From an uncultured Actinomycetes bacterium (GTDB taxonomy: Bacteria > Actinomycetota > Actinomycetes > S36-B12): DNA of 64,000 nucleotides. The position numbers were made by a program, and so were the translations under genes. The number at the start of each line of letters is the position of its first letter. The first letter of the stretch is position 1. The stretch covers positions 1,047,136 to 1,111,135 of the forward strand of contig CAVWJW010000008.1 of NCBI GenBank assembly GCA_963755335.1. The letters run 5' to 3'. The notes below the pieces were generated by a model, which was given only the letters and a program-made list of their open reading frames with translations, did not search any database and had not been told where the DNA came from. Of this stretch, positions 1 to 9,649 are shown one piece after another.

Positions 1-1
1 C

Positions 2-283
2 AAGGGCTGGCTCGCGGCGGCCCCGGCGCCCACGGTGGCCTGGTATCAGCGCGCGATGGCCGTGCGTCCCGACTCCCTTTCCGTACTGGCGGGACTCGAG
101 GTGCCCGCGGTCGTCATCTGGGGAGCCGAAGACGCGCTGAGCTCCCGAGACGAGCAGGACGTCATGGTGGCCAGCCTGCGATCGGGCCAGTTCGTGGCGG
201 TCGAGGCGGCTGGGCATCTCGCGAACGTCGAGCGACCCGACGCCGTCGGAACGGCGCTCGTGGAGTTCGTGAGCGGCTGCTGA
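2..283 (+). CDS. alpha/beta-fold hydrolase, C-terminal fragment (5-prime end outside the window)
   Basis: The frame is open from the window edge. The translation ...PAVVIWGAEDALS...VEAAGHLANVERPDAV... is the typical catalytic-His region of alpha/beta hydrolases. Confidence 0.6.
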   Translation, partial: KGWLAAAPAPTVAWYQRAMAVRPDSLSVLAGLEVPAVVIWGAEDALSSRDEQDVMVASLRSGQFVAVEAAGHLANVERPDAVGTALVEFVSGC

Positions 284-307
284 CCCGCTGGGTCAGGCCG
301 TGCCTGC

Positions 308-2230
308 CTAGAGGCCGCCCTTCTTCTCGATGAGCTTGGCGTACGCGCGGGCGCCCTTGGCGGTCAGGTGGATGCCGTCGGACACGAAGTACTCCGGATG
401 ATCCTTCGATGCCGCGTACCAGTCGGCGATGACGGCGTTCGGGTAGTCCGGGATCACCTTGTCGATCACGTCGTTGTTCGGGTTGCGCCAGGAGCGAGGC
501 ATGTTGTCGTTGACGACGACGACGCGCGGAGTGTCCTTGAGGATGTCGAGCATCTGCCGCATCATCGACTCCGGCAGCACGCCATTGGTGCCTGGGTGCA
601 GGACGACGACCGGGGCGAGCTTGTCGGCGGCGACGTAGCGCTTGAGCCGGCCGATGAACGCGCCAGGGAACCGGGACACGGCTGCATCCACCTTGGTGCC
701 TGGGATCACTGACTTGAGGGTGCTCCGGGCACCGAGCATGACCGAGTCGCCGATACCGCTGAGTCGTCCGTTCGCGTTGGCGTCCCCAGGTCCGGCCACC
801 GTCGACGACGCGGCGCTCGGTCCGGGTGACGTGGGCGACGAGTCCGTTGACGGATCCTGCGAGTCGAGGGCCACCTCGGTCGGGCCGCCACTGGCGATGC
901 CCATCGCCGACGCGACATCGCTGGGCAGTCCGGCGGCAGCGGTGGGCGCCGGTGCCGAGGCCAGGGCCGCACCCAGGACGACGACGGCCATCGCCGTTCC
1001 GGCGACCGCGGCCACGCCCCGCTGAGTGCGACGGGTGCGCTCGCTGCCCTCGCTGGTGCGCCAGGCCTTGATCCAGCGATCGATCGCACCGCGACGGATC
1101 GGCATCTCGAAGAACCGGAAGCTCAGTTCTGCGACGCCGAACGTCAGGGCCAGCCGCAGGCCGAACAGCGCCGGGCCGTCGAGCGGGACGTCGAGGTGCG
1201 GGCGGGTGATCATGAAGATCGGCCAGTGCCACAGGTACAGGCCGTACGACCGCTGGCCGATGTACCGCCACGGCTGCGAGCCGAGCCACGGACCGAGGGG
1301 CGACGCGGGGTGCGTGCACATCGCGATCAGGAGGGCGACGAGCGCCGACAGCACGAGGAAGCCGCCACCGCGGTAGAGCCAGGGCGTGTACTCGCCGACG
1401 AAGAAGAAGAAGTAGAGGATGCCGAGAAGGGCGACGATGCCGACGCCGGTGATGATGGATCGAGCGCCGGGCGCGATGTTCTTGCGCATGCGGCCGGGCC
1501 GCCAGGCGGTCGCGAGGCCGGCACCGAGCAGCAGGCCCATGCAGTGGGAGTCGGTGCCGAAGTAGGCCCGGCTCGGATCGGCGAGGTCGGGGAAGCCGTT
1601 CATGAGGGCCAGCGCGGTCATCCAGGCGGTGGACGCCAGAGCGACCACGAGGGCGAGGATCCGCAGTCCGCGACGCGCCCAGCGCCGCACGACGAAGTAC
1701 GCGACGGCGGGCCAGATCAGGTAGAACTGCTCCTCCACCGAGAGCGACCACAGGTGCTTGAGCATGGGTGGCCGGCCGATGAACTCGAAGTACGACTGGC
1801 TGCTGAAGATGTACCACCAGTTGTTGACGTAGAACAGCGACGCGATCGTGTCAGCGCGCACCTGCGACGCGACGTCGCGGTAGAAGATCGCTGCGGCGAC
1901 CGCCACCACCGCGAGCATGAGGAGCAGGGCGGGCAGCAGGCGTCGTGCGCGACCGAGGTAGAACTTCGCGAAGTTGATCCGTCCGGAGCGGTCGAACTCC
2001 TCGAGGATCAGCGACGTGATGAGGAAGCCGGAGAGCACGAAGAACACGTCGACGCCGAGGAATCCGCCCTTCATCCAGACGATGTCCGCGTGGTAGAAGA
2101 GCACGCCGAGGACGGCGAGGGCACGGACTCCGTCGAGTCCGGGCAGGTAGCCCATCTCGCCCTTGGGACGGCCCTGATCGAGCGTCCACGGCACGGCCGG
2201 CGTGCCGGTGGGCGTCACACTCACGCGCAC
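308..2230 (-). CDS. acyltransferase family 3 membrane protein with C-terminal SGNH/GDSL hydrolase domain (OafA-like)
   Basis: 640-aa ORF. The N-terminus GLDGVRALAVLGVLFYHA...GFLGVDVFFVLSGFLIT is the acyltransferase_3 signature. It has multiple TM helices, a Ser/Pro-rich linker and a C-terminal GDSVMLGA block. The start may be the internal Met at 2155. Confidence 0.8.
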   Translation of the reverse strand: MRVSVTPTGTPAVPWTLDQGRPKGEMGYLPGLDGVRALAVLGVLFYHADIVWMKGGFLGVDVFFVLSGFLITSLILEEFDRSGRINFAKFYLGRARRLLPALLLMLAVVAVAAAIFYRDVASQVRADTIASLFYVNNWWYIFSSQSYFEFIGRPPMLKHLWSLSVEEQFYLIWPAVAYFVVRRWARRGLRILALVVALASTAWMTALALMNGFPDLADPSRAYFGTDSHCMGLLLGAGLATAWRPGRMRKNIAPGARSIITGVGIVALLGILYFFFFVGEYTPWLYRGGGFLVLSALVALLIAMCTHPASPLGPWLGSQPWRYIGQRSYGLYLWHWPIFMITRPHLDVPLDGPALFGLRLALTFGVAELSFRFFEMPIRRGAIDRWIKAWRTSEGSERTRRTQRGVAAVAGTAMAVVVLGAALASAPAPTAAAGLPSDVASAMGIASGGPTEVALDSQDPSTDSSPTSPGPSAASSTVAGPGDANANGRLSGIGDSVMLGARSTLKSVIPGTKVDAAVSRFPGAFIGRLKRYVAADKLAPVVVLHPGTNGVLPESMMRQMLDILKDTPRVVVVNDNMPRSWRNPNNDVIDKVIPDYPNAVIADWYAASKDHPEYFVSDGIHLTAKGARAYAKLIEKKGGL

Positions 2231-2254
2231 ATGCTACGGGAGTGACGGATGTGC

Positions 2255-3601
2255 TCAGGTATTGCGGAACCGGTTGATTTCGCCGATATGCCGCTCGCGA
2301 AGCTCGGGATTGGTCACGCCCAGTCCCTCGCGGGGAGCCAGGGCGAGGACGCCCACCTTGCCCTGATGCGCATTGCGGTGCACCTCGTATGCCGCTTCAC
2401 CGGCCTGGTCGAGCGGGAAGGCCTTGGACAGCGTGGGATGGATCATCCCCCGGGCGACGAGACGATTGGCCTCGTACGCCTCGCGGTAGTTGGCGAAGTG
2501 GCTGCCGATGATCCGCTTGAGGTTCATCCACAGGTAGCGGTTGTCGTACTCGTGCATGAAGCCGCTGGTCGACGCGCACGTGACGATCGTGCCGCCCTTG
2601 CGCGTGACGTAGACGCTGGCCCCGAACGTCTCGCGACCGGGGTGCTCGAACACGATGTCGGTGTCGTCGCCGCCGGTGAGCTCGCGGATCCGCTTGCCCA
2701 GGCGCTGCCATTCCTTGGGGTCCTGGGTGTGCTCGTCCTTCCAGAACCGGTAGTCCTCGGCATTGCGGTCGATGATCAGCTCGGCGCCCATCTTGCGACA
2801 GATGTCGGCCTTCTCCGGAGAGGAGACCACGCATACCGGCGTCGCGCCGCCGTTGAGCGCCATCTGCGTGGCGTACGACCCCAGACCGCCGGAGGCTCCC
2901 CAGATCAGCACGATGTCGCCCTGCTTCATGCCGGCGCCGTTGCGGGAGACGAGCTGGCGGTAGGCGGTCGAATTGACCAGACCCGGCGTGGCCGCCTCTT
3001 CCCAGGTGAGGTGGGCGGGCTTCGGCAGCAACTGGTTGGACTTGACGATCGCGAGCTCGGCGAGGCCGCCGAAGTTCGTCTCGAAGCCCCAGATGCGCTG
3101 CTCGGGGTCCATCATCGTGTCGTTGTGCCCGGCGGGGGACTCCAGCTCGACGCTCAGGCAGTGGGCGACGACCTTGTCGCCGGGCTTCCAGGCGTTCACG
3201 CCGGGGCCCACGCGCAGGACGATGCCGGAGGCATCCGAACCGATGATGTGGTACGGCAGGTCGTGCCGCTTGGCATCCGAGTGCGTGCGGCCGTACCGCT
3301 CGAGGAAGCCGAACGTCGACACCGGCTCGAAGATGCTCGACCACACGGTGTTGTAGTTGATGCTCGAGGCCATCACGGCGACGAGTGCCTCGCCGGGGGC
3401 CAGCGCCGGCACCGGGACGTCGTCGAGGTGGATCGACTTCCGCGGGTCCTTGTCGCGCGACGCGAGGCCCTCGAACATCGCCTCCTCGTCCTTGTGGATC
3501 GTGATCGCACGGTACGAGTCCGGGATGGGCAGTGCGGCAACGTCGTCGCGCGATGCGTCGGCCAGGATGGCTTCCCGGATCTGGTCCATCGCCTGGGTCA
3601 T
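2255..3601 (-). CDS. ccr: crotonyl-CoA carboxylase/reductase
   Basis: 448-aa ORF. The N-terminus PIPDSYRAITIHKDEEAMFEGL, the MDR fold with GASGGLGSYATQ nucleotide-binding loop and the C-terminal HQGKVGVL are all characteristic of Ccr. Confidence 0.85.
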   Translation of the reverse strand: MTQAMDQIREAILADASRDDVAALPIPDSYRAITIHKDEEAMFEGLASRDKDPRKSIHLDDVPVPALAPGEALVAVMASSINYNTVWSSIFEPVSTFGFLERYGRTHSDAKRHDLPYHIIGSDASGIVLRVGPGVNAWKPGDKVVAHCLSVELESPAGHNDTMMDPEQRIWGFETNFGGLAELAIVKSNQLLPKPAHLTWEEAATPGLVNSTAYRQLVSRNGAGMKQGDIVLIWGASGGLGSYATQMALNGGATPVCVVSSPEKADICRKMGAELIIDRNAEDYRFWKDEHTQDPKEWQRLGKRIRELTGGDDTDIVFEHPGRETFGASVYVTRKGGTIVTCASTSGFMHEYDNRYLWMNLKRIIGSHFANYREAYEANRLVARGMIHPTLSKAFPLDQAGEAAYEVHRNAHQGKVGVLALAPREGLGVTNPELRERHIGEINRFRNT

Positions 3602-3647
3602 CAGGACTCCGTTCAGTGGCGGGCTTTCTTTCAGTGTGCCAGACGGC

Positions 3648-3854
3648 TCAGCGGAAGTAGGTGGCCCAGACGTACACCGCAGCAGCGGTGATGGCCGCCG
3701 CGATCAGCGCGCGGCGGGCCTTGCGCCACAAGGCCATGAACAGCAACGCTGTCGCAGCTCCGGCGAGCACGGCGAGCAGGGCCGTCCACTGCTCGTCGGT
3801 GGGCGTCCAGCCCAGCACCGTGACGTCGGGGAAGTCGACGGCCGGGTGCCTCAC
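3648..3854 (-). CDS. small membrane protein (two predicted TM helices), unknown function
   Basis: 68-aa ORF with two hydrophobic stretches. Its start overlaps the mce stop by 4 nt, which suggests translational coupling. GC3 is high. Confidence 0.45.
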   Translation of the reverse strand: MRHPAVDFPDVTVLGWTPTDEQWTALLAVLAGAATALLFMALWRKARRALIAAAITAAAVYVWATYFR

Positions 3855-4279
3855 GCGTGCTCGGGCGCTGCCTGAACCAGTTCGACGAGTACGCCGCCGC
3901 AGTCCTTGGGGTGGCAGAAGTTGACCAGCGATCCGGCCGTCCCGACCTGGGCCTGGTCGTACAGCATGCGCACGCCCGTGGCCCGCAGCTGCTCGGCGGC
4001 GGCCTCGACGTCGTCCACCCCGTACGCGACCTGCTGGATCCCCGGACCTGACCGGTCGAGGAACTTGGCGATCGTCGAGCTGTCGTTCAGGGGGGCGAGC
4101 AGCTGGATGCAGGACCCGGAATCGCCGACGGCCAGCATCGCCTCGCGGACCCCCTGGCGCTCGTTCACCTCCTCGTGGACGACGGACATGCCGAAGGTGC
4201 GGCCGTAGAACTCGATTGCCGCGTCCAGGTCCGCGACGGCGATTCCCACGTGGTCGATGCGTGTCAGCAGCGAAGTCAT
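3851..4279 (-). CDS. mce: methylmalonyl-CoA epimerase (VOC/glyoxalase fold)
   Basis: Translation [21 protein letters not shown]...[17 protein letters not shown]...GVLVELVQ. The start is set at the internal ATG (cat at 4277-4279), because the upstream part of the ORF is low-complexity and overlaps the divergent thiolase. Confidence 0.8.
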   Translation of the reverse strand: MTSLLTRIDHVGIAVADLDAAIEFYGRTFGMSVVHEEVNERQGVREAMLAVGDSGSCIQLLAPLNDSSTIAKFLDRSGPGIQQVAYGVDDVEAAAEQLRATGVRMLYDQAQVGTAGSLVNFCHPKDCGGVLVELVQAAPEHA

Positions 4280-4322
4280 GGGCAGTATGTTGTCATCATC
4301 GTCGACTCGGTTGGGAGCCGGA

Positions 4323-5519
4323 ATGTCCTTCGCTAACGGAGCGGTCATCGTCGCGGGCGCACGCACGCCCATGGGCCGCCTGCAGGGGTCGCTCAAGTCC
4401 TTCAGCGGCGCGGACCTCGGCGGCTTTGCCATCAAGGCCGCTCTGGAGCGCGCTGGCGTGGCGCCCGACCAGGTCGACTACGTGATCATGGGCCAGGTCA
4501 TCCAGGCCGGAGCCGGCCAGATCACCGCTCGCCAGGCCGCCGTCAAGGCCGGGATCCCGATGGACGTGCCGGCCCTGACCGTCAACAAGGTGTGCCTGTC
4601 GGGAATCGACGCGATCGCGCTGGCCGACCAGCTGATCCGTGCGGGCGAGTTCGACATCGTCGTCGCCGGCGGCATGGAGTCGATGACGAACGCGCCGCAC
4701 CTGCTCGTCGGCTCGCGGGAGGGCGTCAAGTACGGAGACTGGACACTCGTGGACTCCATGGCGTTCGACGCGCTCACATGCGCGTTCGACAACCTGCCGA
4801 TGGGCGAGAGCACCGAGCGGCACAACGCCCGTTTCGACCTGACTCGCGAGGAGCAGGACGCCTTCAGCGCGCGTTCGCACCAGCGGGCCGCCGCTGCTGC
4901 GGCGGCGGGCGTCTTCGCTGAGGAGATCACGCCCATCACGGTGCCCCAGCGCAAGGGTGACCCGATCGTGGTCTCGGCGGACGAGGGCATCCGCGCCGAC
5001 ACGACCGCGGAGTCGCTCGGCAAGCTGCGCCCGGCCTTCGCGAAGGACGGCACGATCACCGCCGGCAGCGCCTCGCAGATCTCCGACGGCGCGGCAGCGG
5101 TCGTCGTCATGAGCAAGGCCAAGGCCGAGGAGCTCGGGCTGACCTGGCTGGCCGAGATCGGCTCGCACGGCGTGGTCGCCGGGCCTGACGCGTCGTTGCA
5201 GGAGCAGCCGGCCAATGCCATCAGGCGCGCCTGCGAGAAGGAAGGCCTCGCCGTGTCCGACGTCGATCTCTTCGAGATCAACGAGGCCTTCGCGGCCGTC
5301 GGCATCGTCTCCACGCGCTCGCTCGGCCTCGACGAGGCCATCGTCAACGTCAACGGCGGCGCCATCGCGCTCGGCCACCCGGTCGGGATGTCGGGCGCAC
5401 GCATCGTGCTGCACGCGGCCCTCGAGCTGAAGCGGCGGGGTGGAGGCATCGGTGCCGCGGCCCTGTGCGGCGGCGGCGGCCAGGGCGACGCACTGCTCGT
5501 GCGCGTGCCGTCCGCCTGA
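4323..5519 (+). CDS. acetyl-CoA C-acetyltransferase (thiolase II)
   Basis: Translation [18 protein letters not shown]...[11 protein letters not shown] (active-site Cys)...[20 protein letters not shown]...CGGGGQG. The start is set at ATG 4323. Confidence 0.9.
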   Translation: MSFANGAVIVAGARTPMGRLQGSLKSFSGADLGGFAIKAALERAGVAPDQVDYVIMGQVIQAGAGQITARQAAVKAGIPMDVPALTVNKVCLSGIDAIALADQLIRAGEFDIVVAGGMESMTNAPHLLVGSREGVKYGDWTLVDSMAFDALTCAFDNLPMGESTERHNARFDLTREEQDAFSARSHQRAAAAAAAGVFAEEITPITVPQRKGDPIVVSADEGIRADTTAESLGKLRPAFAKDGTITAGSASQISDGAAAVVVMSKAKAEELGLTWLAEIGSHGVVAGPDASLQEQPANAIRRACEKEGLAVSDVDLFEINEAFAAVGIVSTRSLGLDEAIVNVNGGAIALGHPVGMSGARIVLHAALELKRRGGGIGAAALCGGGGQGDALLVRVPSA

Positions 5520-5537
5520 CCGGCGAGCCTGCGGCCC

Positions 5538-6491
5538 ATGGACCTCGTCACCCTCGTCGACGGCGCTCGGGCCGGTCGGACGCGTGACGTCGCCCGCCTG
5601 ATCTCGATCGTCGAGAACGGCACCGGGCAGGTGCCCGAACTCATGCGGGCACTGTCCGAGTCCGCGGGGACGGCGCGGGTGATCGGCATCACGGGGGCGC
5701 CCGGCGTCGGCAAGTCGACCACCACGTCCGCGCTCATCTCGGCCCTTCGTGCTGCGGGCAGCCGCGTCGGGGTCCTTGCCGTGGACCCGTCGTCGCCCTT
5801 CTCCGGTGGCGCCCTGCTCGGCGACCGCATCCGGATGCAGGAGCACGCGACCGACGAGGGCGTGTTCATCCGCTCGATGGCCTCGCGCGGGCACCTGGGC
5901 GGCCTGTCGGCCACCACGCCGCAGGCCCTGCGCGTCCTCGAGCATGCGGGCTTCGACACCGTCCTCATCGAGACGGTCGGCGTCGGGCAGTCCGAGATCG
6001 AGGTGGCCGCTGCCGCTGACACCACGCTCGTCCTGCTCGCTCCCGGAATGGGTGACGGCATCCAGGCCGCGAAAGCCGGAATCCTGGAGATCGGCGACAT
6101 CTTCGTCGTCAACAAGGCTGATCGCGATGGCGCGGACTCGTCGGTGCGCGAGCTGCGCAACATGATCAACCTCGGCGACCGGGCCGCCGACGGCTGGAAG
6201 CCGCCGGTGCTCAAGACCGTGGCATCGACCGGCGACGGGATCGGCGCCCTGGTCGAGGCCATCGACGAGCACGGGGAGCACCTACTGCGCAGCGGTGAAC
6301 TGGAGGTGCGGCGGCTGCAACGGGCCCGCGACGAGATCCAGGCGATCGCCCTTGGCACCTTGCGCGAGCGGATCGCCGGGCTGGGGCAGGGGGAGTCGCT
6401 CGGCTCAGCGGCACGTGCGGTGGCGGACGGGCGAAGCGATGCCTACTCCGAGGCGGCGCTCCTCGTCGACGGACTGACGATCACGCCTTAG
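5538..6491 (+). CDS. meaB: methylmalonyl-CoA mutase-associated GTPase MeaB (ArgK family)
   Basis: P-loop GITGAPGVGKSTT, then LAVDPSSPFSGGALLGDRIRM and VVNKADRDG. Confidence 0.9.
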   Translation: MDLVTLVDGARAGRTRDVARLISIVENGTGQVPELMRALSESAGTARVIGITGAPGVGKSTTTSALISALRAAGSRVGVLAVDPSSPFSGGALLGDRIRMQEHATDEGVFIRSMASRGHLGGLSATTPQALRVLEHAGFDTVLIETVGVGQSEIEVAAAADTTLVLLAPGMGDGIQAAKAGILEIGDIFVVNKADRDGADSSVRELRNMINLGDRAADGWKPPVLKTVASTGDGIGALVEAIDEHGEHLLRSGELEVRRLQRARDEIQAIALGTLRERIAGLGQGESLGSAARAVADGRSDAYSEAALLVDGLTITP

Positions 6492-6836
6492 CCCACCGTG
6501 CAGCCGGTGACCACGCCGGCGTCCACGGCGAAGTTGAGCCGCGTCTCGATGAAGTCCATGGTGGCCGGCAGGTCCTTGCCGTCCTGCTTGGTGATTCGCG
6601 TCGTGGCGCCGCTCGCCTCGGCAAGCGCGTTCGCTGCCTCGAGGGTGAGCTTCTGCTCGACAATCTGCGCGCACAGGGCGGTGAGATCGTCCTTGGCGCT
6701 GACGGGCGAGCCGCTGATGCTCACCGCCGAGGCAGTTGCATGCGCTGCTGCTGGTGCTCGAGCAGGCGGTGAGGCCGAACGTTGCGATGGCGATCACCAC
6801 GGTGGCGGTGGTGACGGTGAGGGATCGAGTGCGCAT
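6488..6836 (-). pseudogene. peptidase-inhibitor I78-family lipoprotein, split by a +1 frame disruption
   Basis: The signal peptide and lipobox MRTRSLTVTTATVVIAIATFGLTACSS lie in the frame starting at 6836. The I78-like domain ...LCAQIVEQKL...ATMDFIETRLNFAVDAGVVTGCTVG lies in the frame ending at 6488. The total length is 3n+1. Confidence 0.55.
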
Positions 6837-6879
6837 GGGTTACTCCTCGTAGGTGGGCGGGCGAAACACGGGGGAGCGG

Positions 6880-7347
6880 TCAGCGACGCTGCCATGCGCC
6901 GGGCTCGGCCAGGAGGTCGGTGACCGGCGCAGGCAGGGAACCGGAGGCCACGTCGGCGAGGCTGATGTGCTCGAGCACGTGCCGCATCGAGGCCCGGACG
7001 GCGATCCACACCTCGCGCAGGTGCTGCGACGCGCCGGCGTAGTCGAGGTCCTCGGGGCGCTGGCCCCGCACGGCGGCGAGTGGTCCGTCGAGTGCCCGCA
7101 CCACGTCGGCGATCGACACCTCCGCGGGATCGCGATCGAGGCGGTACCCGCCGTCGGCACCGCGCTGGCTGGCGACGATGCCGGACTGGCGCAGCTGGCG
7201 CAGGATGCCCTCGAGGAACTTCAGCGGGATGTCCTGTGCCGTGGCGATGGCCTCGCCCTTGACCAGTCGGGTCGGGTTGTCGGCGTACGCCGCTGCGAGC
7301 TCCAGGAGCGCGCGCATGCCGTAGTCGGCCTTGGCGGATACGTGCAT
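6880..7347 (-). CDS. Rrf2 family transcriptional regulator
   Basis: Translation MHVSAKADYGMRALLELA...IPLKFLEGILRQLRQSGIVASQRGADGGYRL, a winged helix of Rrf2/IscR/CymR type. The start is at the internal ATG (cat at 7345-7347). Confidence 0.85.
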   Translation of the reverse strand: MHVSAKADYGMRALLELAAAYADNPTRLVKGEAIATAQDIPLKFLEGILRQLRQSGIVASQRGADGGYRLDRDPAEVSIADVVRALDGPLAAVRGQRPEDLDYAGASQHLREVWIAVRASMRHVLEHISLADVASGSLPAPVTDLLAEPGAWQRR

Positions 7348-7704
7348 CCCCGCATTCTCGCGGGTGCCCCTGCGCCGTTGGCCCGCGACGCGCCGGACGC
7401 TCGGCGCCGTCCGGCCGGATATGTCGGCCATGTTCCCCCCTCCATCACCGTCTGCGGCCCCCCGCGACACGCCGGGATTTGCTCCGTGCCGCCGGGATGG
7501 GTATATTACTATCAATCTAGTAGACAAGATAGGCATAGAAGGGAATGGTCGTGTCGGACGAGCGAGCGCGCTGGGCACTGGAGTACGCGCGCCTCGGTCA
7601 TGACCCCTTCCCGCACGGCGCGCACGGCGACTGTCGGCTCACGGCCGCCACCACCACCGCCTCGTCGTCCACGCGCACCGCCCACTTCTAAGGAGATCAT
7701 CACC

Positions 7705-8830
7705 GTGAACCGCTTCCGCCTCACCCGCCGAGCCGCCCTGGCCGGCATCGTCGGCATTGCGCTGACCGCCGGACTCGCCGTACCGGCCGCGTCCGCAGCG
7801 ACTGCACCTGCCGCCAACGCCGGCCGCCACGCCGGCCGTCGGCCTGCCCAAGCTGCCCACGGCCCCGGTCGTCCGGATCGGCTTCTTCGCCAACGTCACC
7901 CATGCCCCGGCCCTCGTCGCGCAGCAGCTGCGGTTGTTCGAGACGTTCCTCGGCAAGGACGGCACCAAGGTCGAGTACACCGCCTTCAACGCGGGCCCCG
8001 CGGCCATCGAGGCCATGAAGGGCGGCGCCATCGACATCTCGTACATCGGCCCCAACCCGTCGGTCTCCGGCTACACCACGACCGGTGGCACCCTGCTTCG
8101 GGTCGTCTCGGGTGCGACGTCGGGCGGCGCGCAGTTCATCACGAAGCCCAGCATCACGACCGTGGCCCAGCTCAAGGGCAAGAAGATCGCCACGCCGCAG
8201 CTGGGCAACACCCAGGACGTCGCCCTTCGCTCCTGGCTCAAGGACAACGGGCTGTCCACCAGCACCACAGGTGGCGGCGACGTCACCGTCGTCCCGACCG
8301 ACAACGCGACGTCGTTGACCCTGTTCAAGAAGGGTGACATCGACGGCGCCTGGGTGCCCGAGCCGTGGGCGTCCCGCCTGGTGCTCGAGGGTGGCGGCCG
8401 AGTGTTCCTCGACGAGAAGTCCCTGTGGCCGGCTGGTCAGTTCGTGACGACCGACATCATCGCCTCGCAGAGCTTCCTCAACAAGTACCCGGGAACCGTG
8501 CGGTCGGTGCTGCAGGCCAACAACAGCGCCATCAAGTACATCGCGGCCAACGTGCAGAAGTCCAAGGACGTCGTTCAGCAGCAGATCACCAAGTGGACCG
8601 GCAAGCCCCTGCCCGACGCGGTCATCACCCGCTCGTGGGGCAACCTGCGGTTCACCTGGGATCCGCTGCCGCTGACCCTGAAGAAGAGCGCCGACGACGC
8701 GGTGACCGCCGGACTGCTGACGCTCGGCCCGAACAAGCTCGCCGGGATCTACGACCTGCGCCTGCTCAACCAGGTCCTCGCCGCGGCCAAGGCGCGCGCG
8801 GTGACGGCCTCGGGCCTCGGCCGGCAGTAG
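7705..8830 (+). pseudogene. ABC transporter substrate-binding protein (NitT/TauT/SsuA-like), frame-disrupted near the signal peptide
   Basis: An aaggag RBS at 7691-7696 precedes a GTG at 7705. The Tat-like signal VNRFRLTRRAALAGIVGIALTAG is in one frame. The mature domain ...PVVRIGFFANVTHAPALVAQQ...YIGPNP... continues in the +1 frame (ORF 7934..8830). The switch lies around 7815-7845. The length is 3n+1. Confidence 0.75.
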
Positions 8831-8863
8831 GCGACCGAATCACCTAGGAAGTAAGGAAGTCCG

Positions 8864-9649
8864 ATGAGCTTCGCCAGTGGCGCACATGCAGTGACTGACC
8901 CGGTCGTGGAACCCGAGTTCGCGGTCCGAATCGAGCACGTCGTCAAGCAGTACGTGACCGACGGCCCGATCGTCCTCGACGACGTCAGCCTGGATGTGCG
9001 CCCTGGCGAGTTCATCTCGCTCGTCGGGGCCTCCGGCTGCGGCAAGTCCACCCTGCTCAACATCATCGTCGGTCTCGACAGCCCGACCGCCGGTGTCATC
9101 GAGACGTCGGGCGCGCCGACGCTGATGTTCCAGGAGGCGGCGCTGATGCCGTGGCTGACCGCGGGCAAGAACGTCGAACTGGCGTTGCTGTTCAACGGGG
9201 TTCCGCGCCGTCAGCGCAAGGCGAAGGCCCAGGAGCTGCTCGCGCTCGTGCACCTGGAGCGCTCCTACGACCAGCGCCCTCACGAATTGTCGGGCGGCAT
9301 GCGGCAGCGCGTGGCGATCGCCCGCGCCCTGGCGCAGGGGCGCTCGATCCTGCTCATGGACGAGCCGTTCGCCGCTCTCGATGCCATCACCCGCGACCTC
9401 CTCCACGAGGAGCTCACGCGGATCTGGCTCGAGACCGGGATGACCATCATCTTCGTCACGCACAACGTCCGCGAGGCCGTTCGCCTGAGCCAGCGGGTTC
9501 TGCTGATGTCCTCACGCCCGGGCAAGATCATCCGGGAGTGGAACATCGGCGGCCACGAGCCATGGCGGCTGGACTCGCCGGACGTGGCCAACCTGGCCAG
9601 TGAGATCACCGACGAGCTGCGTCAGGAGATCATCCGCCATGCCAACTGA
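8864..9649 (+). CDS. ABC transporter ATP-binding protein (NitT/TauT family)
   Basis: Walker A GASGCGKST, signature LSGGMRQRVAIARAL and Walker B ILLMDEPF. Confidence 0.9.
   Translation: MSFASGAHAVTDPVVEPEFAVRIEHVVKQYVTDGPIVLDDVSLDVRPGEFISLVGASGCGKSTLLNIIVGLDSPTAGVIETSGAPTLMFQEAALMPWLTAGKNVELALLFNGVPRRQRKAKAQELLALVHLERSYDQRPHELSGGMRQRVAIARALAQGRSILLMDEPFAALDAITRDLLHEELTRIWLETGMTIIFVTHNVREAVRLSQRVLLMSSRPGKIIREWNIGGHEPWRLDSPDVANLASEITDELRQEIIRHAN

Noticed and set aside
162-1817. Long antisense or out-of-frame ORFs: 162..1817, 1196..2245, 2249..3691, 4296..6281, 4478..6358, 12006..14555, 16668..18155, 20271..21770, 22517..24466, 32425..34503, 41819..43240, 44521..46026 and others
   Set aside because: They are Arg/Ala/Gly/Pro-rich translations with no motifs. 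Each lies opposite to, or out of frame with, a gene that has clear family signatures. This is the typical shadow-ORF artefact of very GC-rich DNA.
7549-7704. Riboswitch (TPP, SAM or similar) in the long GC-rich region upstream of the ABC substrate-binding gene
   Set aside because: I could not find any conserved core that I know for TPP, SAM-I/IV, cobalamin or glycine riboswitches. Only generic GC hairpins are present. A covariance-model search is needed before any claim.
6853-8337. A 494-aa plus-strand ORF spanning the Rrf2 gene and the start of the ABC operon
   Set aside because: Only its short segment from 7705 (the Tat-like signal peptide) is meaningful. The rest is antisense to the Rrf2 gene or out of frame with the substrate-binding domain.
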